The position numbers were made by a program, and so were the translations under genes. A DNA stretch of 64,000 bases, from assembly GCA_016618085.1 (NCBI GenBank), contig JABLTG010000035.1:62001-126000 (forward strand). Reading direction: 5' to 3'. The notes under the pieces were generated by a model. That model was not told the origin of the DNA. It did not search any database and saw only the letters and a list, made by a program, of their open reading frames with translations. This DNA comes from Neovahlkampfia damariscottae (Eukaryota). Shown here piece after piece: positions 37,051 through 50,195 of the stretch; the stretch's first letter is position 1, and each line of letters opens with the position of its first letter.

Positions 37051-40000
37051 TTATTCATTTAACCAATTTTCAATTGAATCTTTTTCTTCTTCTTTAATTA
37101 CTAAATTAATTTTATTTTTTGATTCTTGTTTTTCAACTGGTTTTGGTGAAAGAAGTTTCTTATCTTGTTTTACATTTTTTTTTGATTCTTCTTCTTGTCC
37201 TTCAATTTGATATTTAACATTTTGGAAAATACAAATCATACTTTCTGTAACAGTTGTAAAATAAGCACCTGCACCATCAACAGCTAAACCAACATTCTTT
37301 TCTTTTTTTCCAACAGAAATATTAAGTTTTTCATTTCCTGATTCAATTTTATGCATTTTTACATTTGGTGAATTTGAACAAGTTGAAACGACATATGTAC
37401 CATTTGGTGTTACTTTGAGAGATGTAATTGAATCTTTATGAGCACCTTTAATAGTTTTAACATTTTTATAAGTTTCTGATAACCAAACACGAAGTGATCT
37501 ATCACTACCTCCAGATAAAATATATTTACCATCATCTGTCATTGTAACTGATGTAACTGAACCACTATGTCCTTTTAATGTTTGTAAATCTGTTCCATCT
37601 GCACCCCAAACTTTAATAGTACCATCTGATGATCCAGAAAGAATAAATCTTCCATCTTTTGATGCAAATACACAATGAATACATTCACCATGTTTTCCCA
37701 TATTTTTTACAACATCTGGATTTTTAATATCATAAGAATTCAATTTTCCATTTGAATGTCCACAAATAATTTTTTTTAAAGTTGCAGTTGGTGTAAAACA
37801 TGTAACATCTTGTTCAACATCAAATGAAAGTTTTTCAGCACCATCATCAAAGTTCCAAATATGTACTTTATTATCAGTTCCAATTGTAATAATATCCATT
37901 CCATTTGTTGCAACATATGCAGATGCATTTTTAATTGATTTAACTTTCTTTCCAGTTGAATATTCCCAAACATCAATTCCTTCATATTCTTCAGTTTTTA
38001 CACATGTAACAATAAAATCTCCAAGAGGTGTAATATCAACTGATTTTAATCCAGCACATGGTAACTTTCCTTGTAATTTAATTTTTGAAATTGTTTCAAC
38101 TAATTGAATTGATTTTTGTTGTTTTCTTGGTGACATATTAAATATACTTGATTTAGATTTTAATGATCCATCTTTTGCATCTTTCATATCTAATTTTGGT
38201 ACTTCTTCTTTCTTTTCCCAATCTGGTGCCAAAAATAAAGAATTCCATGTTTTTGAATCATTTCCACAAGCATATAATTCATCATAAACAATAGCAAATG
38301 TTGCTCCTTCTGTATATTCTGTGAATTGTTGTCTTAAAATTCCTCTTTCATCAAATACTTTAACAGTTTTATCACTAACAATGAATAAATTTTCTACATG
38401 AATTATATCTCCGTTGTTTGAAGTTAATCCTCTTAAAATGACAAATAATTCAGATTCTTTTTCATTATCAATAAAAAGTTTAAGCATATTTCCATTTGAT
38501 AACATTCCAAAGCAATAAGATTGATCTGTACTTGGTGTAATAGCACATACTGATTCTCCTTTAGCCAAAGATATCTTCCATTGTTTAATAACCTTAATAT
38601 CTTTATCATATTTTGTAAAAGTTTTTTCTCCATCAGAGGTATAAATATTTCCAAGTTTATCTGTTTGAATATAAGCAGCTTTTGAAGGTAAAGAATGAGA
38701 TTTTCCTTTTTTTCCTTTTGGATCATAAACAGTAACTGACTTTTTTGAAGCAAACCAAAATTCTTCATTTGGAAGGAAAAATGTAGCACTATGATTTGGA
38801 GCTGAAGGTAATTCAACTGGTTGTCCTAAATTTGAACGAATTGAAATTGTAAATGGTGATCCTTTGATTTCATATGTTCTCCAATGAATTTTAATTTTAT
38901 ATTCTCCAATTGTTTTTGCTTTAAAGATAAAGTTATGTTCTCCTTTTCCATGATTTTCAGCAATAATAATTTCATATGGTTCTGATTCAGGTGGACATTC
39001 AGTTACAACAATATTTAATTGATCTGGTGAATCTAAACTACCTGGAAAACCATCCCAATTTTTAAGTAAAACTGTAAATTTGTTATCTGTTGAATCACTT
39101 GCATACATTGATCTTTTTTGAAGTGTTGTTTGACTAAAATCGATAGGTGGTGACAGTTTGATATATTCAACAGCATCTTTGATTGTTGAAAAATCTAAGT
39201 GTTGTACATCTCCTGTGTTACATAAAGGATGTTCTCTTAATTCAACAAATTCATAAGCATCTAAGTTGTTGGATCTTTCAAGTGAATTTACAACAAATTG
39301 ATAATTATCTTCTGTACTTTGTGTAAGTTCTTTTGTTAATTTGACTTGTTCTGATAAATTTGTAATTTCTTTTTCCAAAGCTTCATGTTGTTGTGCAAGT
39401 ATTTTAATTCTAGGTGTTTCTCTTGATGTAATAGAATCGATAATTTCTTTTTCTTTTGTATCCAAATGAGTTTTGATAGTTTCGAATATTTTTTTGACAT
39501 TTACTTGCAAATCTGCACTTTCTTGTTTAATTTTGTCTGAAGCTTTTGTTACACCTGTTGAAGCGTTTTCATACTTCTCGACGTAAAGTGTAAAGTTTTC
39601 AAGTTTATCTTCAAGTTCATCAACAAATGGTTGTACTGCTTGTTGAAGTTGTGTACAAGGATGACCTTGATGCTCGTCAGTGATACATTGTAAACAAACA
39701 AGTTTTCTACACTTGGAACAGTATAATTTCAATTGTTCTTTCTTATGTGAGTTACAATATTTACCCGAGCCAGGTTCTGATTCTTGACTGTGTCCAGCAG
39801 AGTCAGAGCTATCTCTTTTTGTTTCTTCTGTAGTTGTTTGTGGAACTTCTTGTACTTTTTCATTTTCTATTTTCCATTCTTCATAAGTGATTATGGTATG
39901 ATCTTTTCTATTTTTCTTTGAGTGAAGAAAACTGCAGCAGTCTTATAAAAATTTTAATTTTTTTTTTTTTACCTTCGCATTGAAATTTGTTTTCGCATGA

Positions 40001-40095
40001 GTTACAGAATTTTTCTGTTGGACTTTCACCGCAAACCTCTGAAAACAGTTAGTAACAAATAAAAGTTCGTTACCGCAAGGTGGTATGTTAGACAT
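37051..40095 (-). CDS. B-box1 / B-box2 / coiled-coil / filamin-Ig / propeller / WD40 protein (RING-less TRIM-like), 3 exons
   Basis: Spliced MSNIPPCEVCGESPTEKFCNSC...CEDC...H...H; CNSH...YCSKCRKLVCLQC...HQGH; IKGSPFTI filamin motif; GH...WD repeats. Confidence 0.82.
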
Positions 40096-40340
40096 CGTAA
40101 AAACCGTTATAAACAGGCGTGGCCAATGAAAACTCAAGGTACAATTAAGCCAATTATATTGTCGTATGAAAAAAATCTTTATTTTTTTTTTGACCGTTTA
40201 AATCGATAAAAAGTAATTTATTTTACCAAATAATCAAATAACTTTCAATTGTTGAAAATTATATATTTTTTTTGACCAATTGGAAACTATTCATACAAAT
40301 CGGAAATATTATTTGTTAAGAAAGCGTTTCAGTTATTATT

Positions 40341-41213
40341 ATGATGTCATTGCGTTCAGCTTCAACTGTGATACTTGTTAAAAAAAATGTTTCTATTGCA
40401 AAAGAAGCGATGTCGGATTATAAAATTTTAATGCTTCAAAGATCAGCAAAAAGTTCCTTTTTCGCATCTGCTTACGTTTTTCCTGGCGGTGTAAAGGAAA
40501 TCAATTCATATTAATTCAATAATTAGGCTACGGAAGAAAAAGAGGATTCTTGTGAATATTGGAAAGATTTATTCAAAAAAAAGTACAAAAAACAACTAAC
40601 ACCTGAAGATTCATCAAAAATTACTGGAATCAGGGAATTATTTGAAGAATCAGGTATTTTATTAGTTGATCCAGAACCAACTGAAAATTTTGATTCTTGG
40701 AGAGAGAAAATCCATGACAACGCTGCAGAATTTAAAAACTTGTGTGAAAAAAGAAATTTTTTACCTGCCTTGGATAAATTATTACCATTTTCACATTGGA
40801 CAACACCAATACAAGAGAAAAAAAGATTTAAAACAGATTTTTTTTTTTCCTGTCTTGAAGACGAAACAAAATTCAACATTATTCATGATGGTAGTGAAAA
40901 CATTAAAACTCAATGGTTATCACCTGAAGAAGCACTTTCAAATTTTGAAAATGGTACAATAGCATTAGCTCCACCTACTTGGTACACAATAAAAGAATTA
41001 AGTAAATTCAAAAAATTAGAAAATTTGGTTGTTCATGTTAAATCAAAAGAATACGTCAAGTGGCAACCTACAATCTCAAAAGAAGATAATCATATGATTA
41101 TTGCATTACCAGGTGATAAATTACATGAAAATTCAAATCAAAATGAAAAAGATTTACATAGAATTCTTGTAAAATCAAAACAAAATTATGAACTTGTAAA
41201 ATCAAAACTGTAA
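40341..41213 (+). CDS. Nudix hydrolase, NUDT19-like
   Basis: SASTVIL, YVFPGG, GIRELFEESG, HWTTP...KRFKTDFF, LAPPTWY. Confidence 0.88.
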
Positions 41214-41227
41214 ACTTTCTCTGTTCA

Positions 41228-42039
41228 TCAGTTACCTTCTTCTTCTTCTTCTTCAGCTGGAATAATGATTCTTAAATTTTTCGGCAATATTGATGTGTCA
41301 ACTCCAACCGCCTCCAATCTGAAAAAACATTAGAAGATATCAAAGGAACCTTGACAAGACATCATTTGCGTTTTCACCATAAATTTCAGCCACAACATGA
41401 TAACCAGTATATACTGCATCTAAAAGACTCATAATATCGTCTCTGGTATTTATAACTCCAAATATTAAAACATGAGCTCCATGTCTGAGTAAAGCACTTA
41501 AAATACCTCTTCTTGATAATGTTGGATGAGTTGATCTGCGATCATTAATAAAATATATTTTGATTTACAATTTATAAACACCATTAGTTTCAACGTTCGT
41601 TCCTCCTTCGGGTGCTATAGAATAAACTAATAAACTTGATAATGTTAGTCTTCTATTAAATACCTTTTTTCAATGGCAGCTTCACATAATTTATTTATGA
41701 ATGCACGTCGAACTTCAGCTCTTGTGGAAGCAACAAGCAAAATCCCTGCCTTTTTAAAAATTGATAAAATTAAAAATTGGTTACTTGAAGTGTTTCAGTT
41801 GTAAATGGACCAGTTGGGCTTAAATAACTGACTTTAGATTTTTTTAATTTTCCTTTAATCAAAGGTGAGAATTGAATTAAAACATCTGGAGTCTTTTTAT
41901 ATTTTTGAACAGTTGTATCAATATTTTCTTTAGTTGTAATTTGAATGTGAGATAATAAATCTGACGTCTTTTTCAAATTTGGAGACAAATGTTTCAGCAA
42001 GACATTTGTTCTTTCTTTCCATTTATTTTCTTGTTCCAT
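41228..42039 (-). CDS. GspE-like protein (C-terminal secretion ATPase domain with degenerate Walker motifs), 5 exons, about 227 aa
   Basis: Introns 41750-41784, 41635-41663, 41536-41568, 41319-41349 give GILLVAS..., ILSALLRHGAHVLIFGVINTRDDIMSLLDAVYTGYHVVAEIYGENANDVLSRLEAVGV, colinear with GspE/PilB LRAILRQDPDVVMVGEIRD...ASLTGHLVMSTLHTN.A..AVTRL.DMGI. Confidence 0.8.
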
Positions 42040-42184
42040 TTTATTGGTTCAAATTATTTTCAACAGAAACAATAAGAAATAATTTTCTTTTTTTGAAAAT
42101 TGAAATATCTATGAACTATTTAATTCTTTCAATTCCCAAATAATGTTCATCCAATCAAATTTTACATTGAAAACAAAGTTCGAA

Positions 42185-44908
42185 ATGGAGTGCAATTCTT
42201 ACGAAACTGGATTACACCAATACGAGGTGAACAGGAATTTCGAATCCGCATATATTTCATTTGAACAATCAAATGAAGAAGGTTTCATACCAGGAAAATA
42301 CAAGTTGGCCTGTTTGCTGATTCGTGGTCATGGAACAACAAGAAATTTTGAAAGAGCATATTATCTGTTGAAAGAATGTATAACTAAAGGATATGCACCG
42401 GCGATGAGTGAATTAGGTTTGATGCACCAAGTAAAAAAAAAAAAAATAAATTAAATTTTAGTGGGGTTATTTTGTTGAAAAAGACATTATAAAAGCAGTT
42501 CATTATTTTAAAGTAGCGATTGATAAAAATGACATTCAAGGATATTTATATTATGCTCGACTGTTGGCTTATGGACTTGAAGTTGAACCTGATGTTGAAG
42601 AAGCTATAAAACTCTATGAAGTAGCAATTTCGAACAATAAAGCAGCAGCAATGTTTGAATTAGGAGAGATATATGAATATGGTTTAGGTGTGAAACAAAA
42701 TACTGAAAAAGCTATTATTCTTTATGAAAAAGCAGCTAATTTGAATTATGGTGATGCTTTGGTTAATATTGGATTATCTTATGAAAGAGGACATTTAAAT
42801 AAAAAAAAAGATATTAATATTGCAATTGACTATTATAAACAAGGAATGAGAAGAAGAAATGGAAGAGCTTTTAATTGTTTAGCTCATTGTTATGCAATAG
42901 GAAAAGGTGTTGAAAAAGATTTACAAAAAACATTAGAAATATTTCAACAAGGTGTTTCATTAAAATTACCAGAATGTATGAATAAAATGGGAGGATTATA
43001 TGAATTAGGAATTCATGTTGAAAGAGATTTTGAAATGGCATTTAAATTTTATGAAATGGGTACAAAAGAATATAAAGCACAATCATTTACATGTTTAGCA
43101 TCTGCTTATGAAGAAGGAAAAGGTGTAAAAAAAGATATACAAAAAGCATTAGAATTATATTTAAAAGCAGGAGAATATCATGATGAAAGTGCATGGTCAG
43201 ATATTGGTAAATTATGGGAGACTGGAACAGTTGGAAAAAAAGATTTTAAAAAAGCGATTGAATTTTATGAAAAAGGAGTTAAATTACATTCTGCTTATGC
43301 ATATAATTCATTAGCATTAATGTATCAAAATGGTAGAGGTGTTAAAAAAAATTATAAAAAAGCAATTGAATTTTATCATAGATGTATTGAATTGAAAGAA
43401 TCAAATGGAATGAAAAATTTAGGTTTGTTCTTTTTTTGTTTTTGAATAAAAATAGCTGATCTTTATGGTGTTGGTATTGGTGTAAAAAAAGATTTAAACA
43501 AATCAATTGAATTATATGAAAAAGCATTAGAATATGATGATAGTGGTGCTTATATTGGACTTGCACAATTATTTAGAGATAATATTGAAGTATTAAATAA
43601 TAAACAAAAAATAATTGAGTTTTGTGAAAAAGCAGTTATTTTAAATAATTCAAATGGATACACTCAAATAGGTTGTTTTTATGATGTAGGTGATATATTT
43701 GAAAAAGACTCTTCAAAAGCATTTGAATATTATGAAAAAGCAGTAAAAATGAATTCAAATACAATTGCATTATATAATATTGCTAGAATGAGTGAATATG
43801 GAATTGGGTGTACAATAAATTATGAAAAGGCAGCTGAGTATTATCAAAGATGTGCAAATTTACATAATGCTCATGGTTTAAGAGGTTTAGCAAGATTATA
43901 TAATGAAGGAAAAGGTGTAACAAAGAATTTAGAAAAATCAATTGAATTATATGAAGAAGCAATAAAAGAAAGAAATACACAATCAATGAATGAATTAGCT
44001 GATATTTATGTTACAAGAGCAGAAAGTATAATAGATCCTATAGAATTAGATCCAACAAATTTTGAAACAACAGAAGAATTCTTATTTGAACAAAATAAAA
44101 GAAATAAATTACTTGAAGGAAATAGAAAAAAGAGATCAAAAAATTATCAAAAAGCATTTACTCTTTATAATGATGCAGTAAAACATGGAGATGCTGAAGC
44201 GATGTATAATTTGTAAGACGAACTATTTTTTTTTTTTTTTACTTGTTCAAAAAAAAAAGAGCCAGTTTATATTTAGAAGGAAGAGGTGTAAATGAGAATA
44301 ATAAAAAAGTAACTGAATTATTGAGAACAGCAATTAAAAAAAGACATTCTGATTCAATGGTACTCTTGGCATATTATTATTATTATGGCACATTAAATAC
44401 AATACCACAAGATAAAGATGAATCAATAAAATATTATAAAATGGCAATTGAAACTAATAATAATTCAGTTGCATATTATTATCTTGGAAATGTTTATAGA
44501 AGAGATGAAGAAAGAAGAGATATTGAAAAAGCGATTGAATTATTTGAAAAAGGATCAGATAATGGATATCAAGAATGTAATTTTTGTTTAGGTGAAATTT
44601 ATAAAAATGGTGAATCTGAAACTAAAATTAATTTAGGAAAATCATTAAAATTTTATCATTTAGGTTCAGATTTAGGAGGAAATGGAAATTGTTCTTATTC
44701 TTTAGGTCAATATTATAAATCAATATCATGTACATTTTTATCACAAAAATATTATAGAAAAGCTTTTCAAAAGAAATGTGATTTTATGGATTTAATATCA
44801 GATAGATTAATGGAATTAGAAGAATTAGAAAATGTTCAAATGTTAATTAGAAAAAAAAAAATGTTTTTATTTGAAACAGATGTGATTTTTAATCTTCATA
44901 ATCAATAA
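42185..44908 (+). CDS. Sel1-like repeat protein, multi-exon
   Basis: Many LG..YE.G.GV.KD..KA...YEKA repeats. Confidence 0.9.
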
Positions 44909-46160
44909 AATTATTCAACGAAAATAAATAATTCTTCATTAAATGATCTGTTGGAGCTGTACTGGTTACAATAAAATGTGGATAATCAATTTGTGTTGTA
45001 TGTGCCATATATACTCTTTCTTCAATTATATGCATTTGATATATTCTACCAGCAGGATATAATGGTACAATAGAATTCATTAAATCAATTTCTTCTTTTT
45101 TTTCTTCAATTTTAGTTAAATCAATAATTTCAATAAATGGATTATTTTCTTCTTCTTTTGTTAACCAATTCTTTCCATTTTCTAAAAACTAATAAATTTT
45201 AACAAATAAATTCATATTCTTACTTTTGTTGCTTTTGCTCTCCAACTATTCAAAAATTGAACATTGTTTTTTTCAAATTCTTCTACTTTATTTCTTAATT
45301 CTTTTACTGTAAAAATTGATAATCTTGGTATCATATCAAATTCATTAACAAATGTAAAAATATGATCTGATGTTTTCTCTGCTAAATCTAATGATAAAAC
45401 AGATGGACATGCAAAGGCGTAACATTCTAAATTTTTAAAATCTTCTTTCCAAATTTCAGTTAATACTGCTCCTACACCAGATCCAAGTGAATGTCCAACT
45501 ATTCTTAACTTATAATTTGTTAAATTTAAATTTTCTTCAATAATTGATTTTAAATGTTTATCAAACCATTGAGCAGATTTTAAAAAACCTTCATGACAAA
45601 AACCATTTTTAAAACTTACACAAGAACAATTCAAATCTGTAACAACATCTGTTATTGATCTAGATCCTCTTAAAAATAAATAAATAATATTTTCTTCATG
45701 ATTGGTCCAAATTAAATATGCGGGTCTCATTTGTTCAGGTTTTAAATTGAAAGTCAAAACATCTTCTTCTTTTATTATTTTTGATTTGTATATTTCTTCA
45801 ATCTTTTCACCATTAAATAATTTTTCAGTCATATACATTAATTTTCTCCATAAAAATACTTCAGACTTCAACAAGTTTAAAGTTATTCTATTTTTACCTG
45901 TTTGCATTTAAATTTTTTGGATTTTTTTAAAAATTCAGATAAATCCTGTTCTTTTTTTATTTCATCTCTGATGAAAGCATCTAAATTTACAATGTTTTGG
46001 TGCCAAGTGTCGGCCATTCTTTTCAAAAAAAAAATAAGAAATGATTTTTGAAATTACAAAGCTGTCAGCTCATAAACTTTTTTTATATTCTCTAAATATT
46101 CACCCCTTAAATATTGTTTAGTCAATAAAATGTCTACCAGGTCTGTTTCTCAACCTCCAT
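44889..46160 (-). CDS. class 3 lipase (DAG-lipase-like), multi-exon
   Basis: LRGSRSITDVVTD, HEGF, VGHSLGSG, DMIPRLS, LYPAG, DHLM; two short 5' exons extend the start to 46160. Confidence 0.88.
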
Positions 46161-46334
46161 ACTTAATTTTTGGTTTTTATTGGTTTAAATTTTAGAATCA
46201 TCGAAAGGGTTTAAAATCTTCAAATTTCTTCAATTTTAAAAAAAAATGATGAATCTCTTTCAGTTTTTAATTTGAAGGAAAAATCTGTTGTTTGATTGGT
46301 GCATTCAACCTGATAATTTTTCAACCGAAAAGTA

Positions 46335-48664
46335 ATGGACAAAGATTTAGCAGCAAAAGAATTTGAACGTGTTGGAATTGATGCTACTAATTCCAAAAAT
46401 ATCTTAAAAAATGAAAAAAAAACCAAAGATGTTCTTGAAGTGATTCAACTTGGAAACTCAACTGTAAATTCATCAGCTGGTCCATTATACATTACTTTAG
46501 CTAGTAAAGCAAAAACTAAAGAACAAAAAGAATTTATTGCTCCTTATATTGGAGATGGAAGAATTTCGACAGCAAATCAACTTGAAGCTGCTTTGAATTA
46601 TTTTAAATCACTTCTTGAAAATGAAAAACCAAATAAAGAAAAATTTGAAGTTGAATGTGGAGTTGGTATCACAGTTACAATTGAACAAGTTGAAAAAGCA
46701 GTTGCTGAAGTTTTAAAAGACAATGCACAAAAACTGGAAGAAAAAGGATGGTCAATAAACTTAGGTGATATTGTTAATCCTGTAAAAAAAGTTGGTGATT
46801 TAAAATGGGCTGAAGGAAAAGTTATTAAAACAGAAATTGATAAACAAATGGTTGCACTTTTAGGTGATAGATCAAAAGCAAAAAAACCAGTTGTTGCAAA
46901 AAAAGAAAAACCACAAAAAGTTAAACAAGAAGAAAATACTGAAGAAGCTGGCGTTTCAAGAAAATTTGAAGCAAGAGATTTGGAAGATGCAAAGAATACA
47001 GTAGAACAATTAAAAAAACATAAAGAAGCAACTGGAAATAGAATTGTTACAAGATTTCCACCTGAACCAAACGGATTTCTTCATATTGGACACGCAAAAG
47101 CAATGAATTTAAGTTTTAATTATGCAAAAGATAACGGTGGTTACACAATTTTAAGATATGACGATACAAACGTAAGACTTGAACAAACAATTAAATATTT
47201 TAGCCAGAAGCAGAAACTGAAGTTTATTATACTTCAATTAAAGAAATGGTTGAATGGCTTGGATTCAAACCAGCTAAAGTGACAGCATCTGCTGAATATT
47301 TTGATGAATTACATGCTTTCGCGGTTCAATTAATTAAAGATAACTTAGCATATGTTGATCCATCAACAGGAGAAGAAATGGCACAACAAAGAAAAGATAA
47401 AGTTGATTCACCATTTCGTAATAGACCAATTGAAGAAAGTTTAGAATTATTTGAAAATATGAAAAAAGGAAAATATGAAGAAGGAAAATTAGCATTAAGA
47501 GGAAAAATGTAAGAAATAAGATACGTATACTTAATTTATTTTTAAAGGTATAATGCAAATTTAAGAGATCCAGTATTTTATAGAATTAAATATAAAAATC
47601 ATCATATTTCTGGTGATAAATGGTGTATTTATCCATCATATGATTTTACACATTGTATTGTTGATTCTATTGAAAATATAACACATTCATTATGCACATT
47701 AGAATTTGAAACAAGAAGAGAATCATATTATTGGTTATTGAAGAATTTGAATCTTTATAAACCATTAGTTTGGGAATTTAGTAAATTAAATTTAACCAAA
47801 ACAGTTTTATCAAAAAGAAATATTTTAAAAATGGTAAACAATAAAACTGTTAGAGGATGGGATGATCCAAGATTATTAACACTTGCTGGATTAAGAAGAA
47901 GAGGATATACACCTGAATCAATTAAATCATTTTGTAATGATATTGGTGTAACAAGAGTTAATAATACAATTCCAATTGAAAGACTTGAACAATCTTGCAG
48001 AGTTGATTTAGATGAAAGAGCAGACAGAGTTTTTGTTATTTTAAATCCTTTAAAAGTAACAATTACAAATTTTGATAAATATGAAGAAATTGATGCTCCA
48101 AATCATCCAAAATATAAAGAAAGAGGTTCAAGAAAACTTCCATTTTCAAAAACTATTTTTATTGAAAGAAATGATTTTAGAGAAATTGATTCAAAAGATT
48201 ATTTTGGTTTAGCACCAAATAAAGAAGTTGGATTAAGATATTCTCATAATATTACATGCACTGAAGTAATTAAAGATAAAAATGGAAATATTATTGAATT
48301 GAAAGCAACAGTTGATTTAGAAAAGAAAAATAAACCAAAGGGTCATATTCATTGGTTATCACCTTCAAAGAATAATAAATTACCTTTGACTGCAGAAGTT
48401 AGAATTTATAAAACTTTATTCACTACAGATGATCCAATGTCAGAACAAAATTGGGAAAAAACAATTGACCAATCATCAGAAGAAATTATTAAGAATGCTT
48501 ATATTGATCCAGTATTTTTAATGAAAGAAAAATTGAATGTATTCTCACATTATCAATTTGAACGTCTTGGATTCTTTACTGTTGATTCAGATACAACTAA
48601 TGATCATATCGTTTTTAATAGAACTGTTACTCTCAAAGAATCATTTCAAAAATTTTCAAAATAA
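46335..48664 (+). CDS. QARS: glutaminyl-tRNA synthetase, eukaryotic type with N-terminal extension
   Basis: [60 protein letters not shown]. Confidence 0.96.
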
Positions 48665-48731
48665 ATTGAATAGAATAAATAAAATTCTGTTACGATTTCA
48701 TTTGTCAGATTATTCTTTTTTTAGAAAACGA

Positions 48732-50144
48732 ATGAGAATTGAAGAAGGTGTTTTCATTGTGTCACCACAAGAAGATTCAAATCAATTAGATAAAGAAGAA
48801 TACCAAGATGTATTGAATGAAGATGAATTGAGTTTTGAAAAAATAGAAGAAATTAAATTTTATTTAAATTCACCTTCTGATTGTGGTATTTGGTCTTATT
48901 ATAAAATTTTGGATCTATTTTCTGGTGAAGATCAAAAATTTGATTCAAAATTAATTACTGAACAAATGATTGAAAAAAATTCAAAATTTCTTTTAAAAAG
49001 AACCAAAGGAATACATTCCGATTTAAATTCGTTTATATTCAAAATTGAAAGGGAATTAAAATTGAATAAAAATAAATATGATCAAAAAGAAAATAAAAAA
49101 TTAATCAAACAAAAATTTGAAATTACTAGAATATCTCAAATTATAAATAATTTTGAAAATTTGAATTTATTTTCTTTGAAAAATCATTTGAATTTGAGAT
49201 TTTTTAATTTTCAAATACTTGGATTTGTTACCAACTTGAATAATTTTAATTTTCGAAAAATCAAAAAAGAAGATTATTTTAGGGTTCAAAAAGAATATTT
49301 TTATTTTTTAAAAAATTCAGGAAACGAAAAAGTTATTTCTTACATTCAAAGTTGTGATAGTTATTTTAATTATTCATTTTATAAGATAAATTTAATTTCT
49401 TCTTTATTTCAATCAAATTTTTGGAATTTAAATTTTCAATCTTTTACTGGAAATTTTAAACCAATTAATTCAAATTGGAAAATAATTAATTTACTTTTGA
49501 TATTATTCAATTCAATTTCATTTATATTTTTATTTTTAGAAAGTATTACATCCAGACTATTGAATGATTTGAATATTTTGAAAAACGAAAATGATGATTG
49601 TTATTCAAGAATAGAATATTTTATTTCCAGTTTATTATTTTCATCAATTTGTTATTTTAACTCAAGATCCATTTTATTTGTCCCTGCTAATGAATTTTTT
49701 TCGTTTAAATTTTCATTAGTTTTTGGTTTCTTTTTTGGATATCTATTGATCCATCTCCAGGGTGTATTTTTGTTTTTAGTTTATTTACTTTATATCATAG
49801 TCAAAAATAATATGACGATAAAAAGAATAACTACCATTTTGTTATTTTCATATTTAATATATGGATTGTATTTATATTATTCTTTTATTTTAAATCAACT
49901 TTCAAATATTTTCATTTCTCCAATGAAATATTTAATTGTTGGTATTTTCAAAATAATCATTTTTATTATCAAAAACACAATTTTTTATGTGTTCAAAATG
50001 ATTCAATATTTAATTCAGTTATTATTTTTTATTTTTAGAAAATTAATTTTCGTTTTGTTTTTATTGGTTTCAAATTTTTCATCATTTTTGTATATAATAT
50101 TTAAAAATTTAATATCATTGATTTTTAAGAAAATAAAATTTTAA
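48732..50144 (+). CDS. hypothetical F/I/L/N-rich membrane protein
   Basis: Long ORF with several hydrophobic C-terminal segments; extreme AT bias; no family recognised. Confidence 0.5.
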   Translation: MRIEEGVFIVSPQEDSNQLDKEEYQDVLNEDELSFEKIEEIKFYLNSPSDCGIWSYYKILDLFSGEDQKFDSKLITEQMIEKNSKFLLKRTKGIHSDLNSFIFKIERELKLNKNKYDQKENKKLIKQKFEITRISQIINNFENLNLFSLKNHLNLRFFNFQILGFVTNLNNFNFRKIKKEDYFRVQKEYFYFLKNSGNEKVISYIQSCDSYFNYSFYKINLISSLFQSNFWNLNFQSFTGNFKPINSNWKIINLLLILFNSISFIFLFLESITSRLLNDLNILKNENDDCYSRIEYFISSLLFSSICYFNSRSILFVPANEFFSFKFSLVFGFFFGYLLIHLQGVFLFLVYLLYIIVKNNMTIKRITTILLFSYLIYGLYLYYSFILNQLSNIFISPMKYLIVGIFKIIIFIIKNTIFYVFKMIQYLIQLLFFIFRKLIFVLFLLVSNFSSFLYIIFKNLISLIFKKIKF

Positions 50145-50195
50145 TTTTCTTTTAAAGTCAATTTTCCATTATAATTTGAATCAACTTTTATAATT

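Noticed and set aside
46020..46200. Sm-site-like AATTTTTGG in an apparently long spacer, suggesting an snRNA
   Set aside because: The region is explained by two short 5' exons of the minus-strand lipase (MEVEKQTW|GEYLENIKKVYELTAL|MADTW) and its promoter
47500..47560. GlnRS looks a few residues short at the intron junction (LRGKM|YNANLRD)
   Set aside because: The frame is preserved by a 39-nt intron; a natural deletion cannot be told from an assembly artefact without reads
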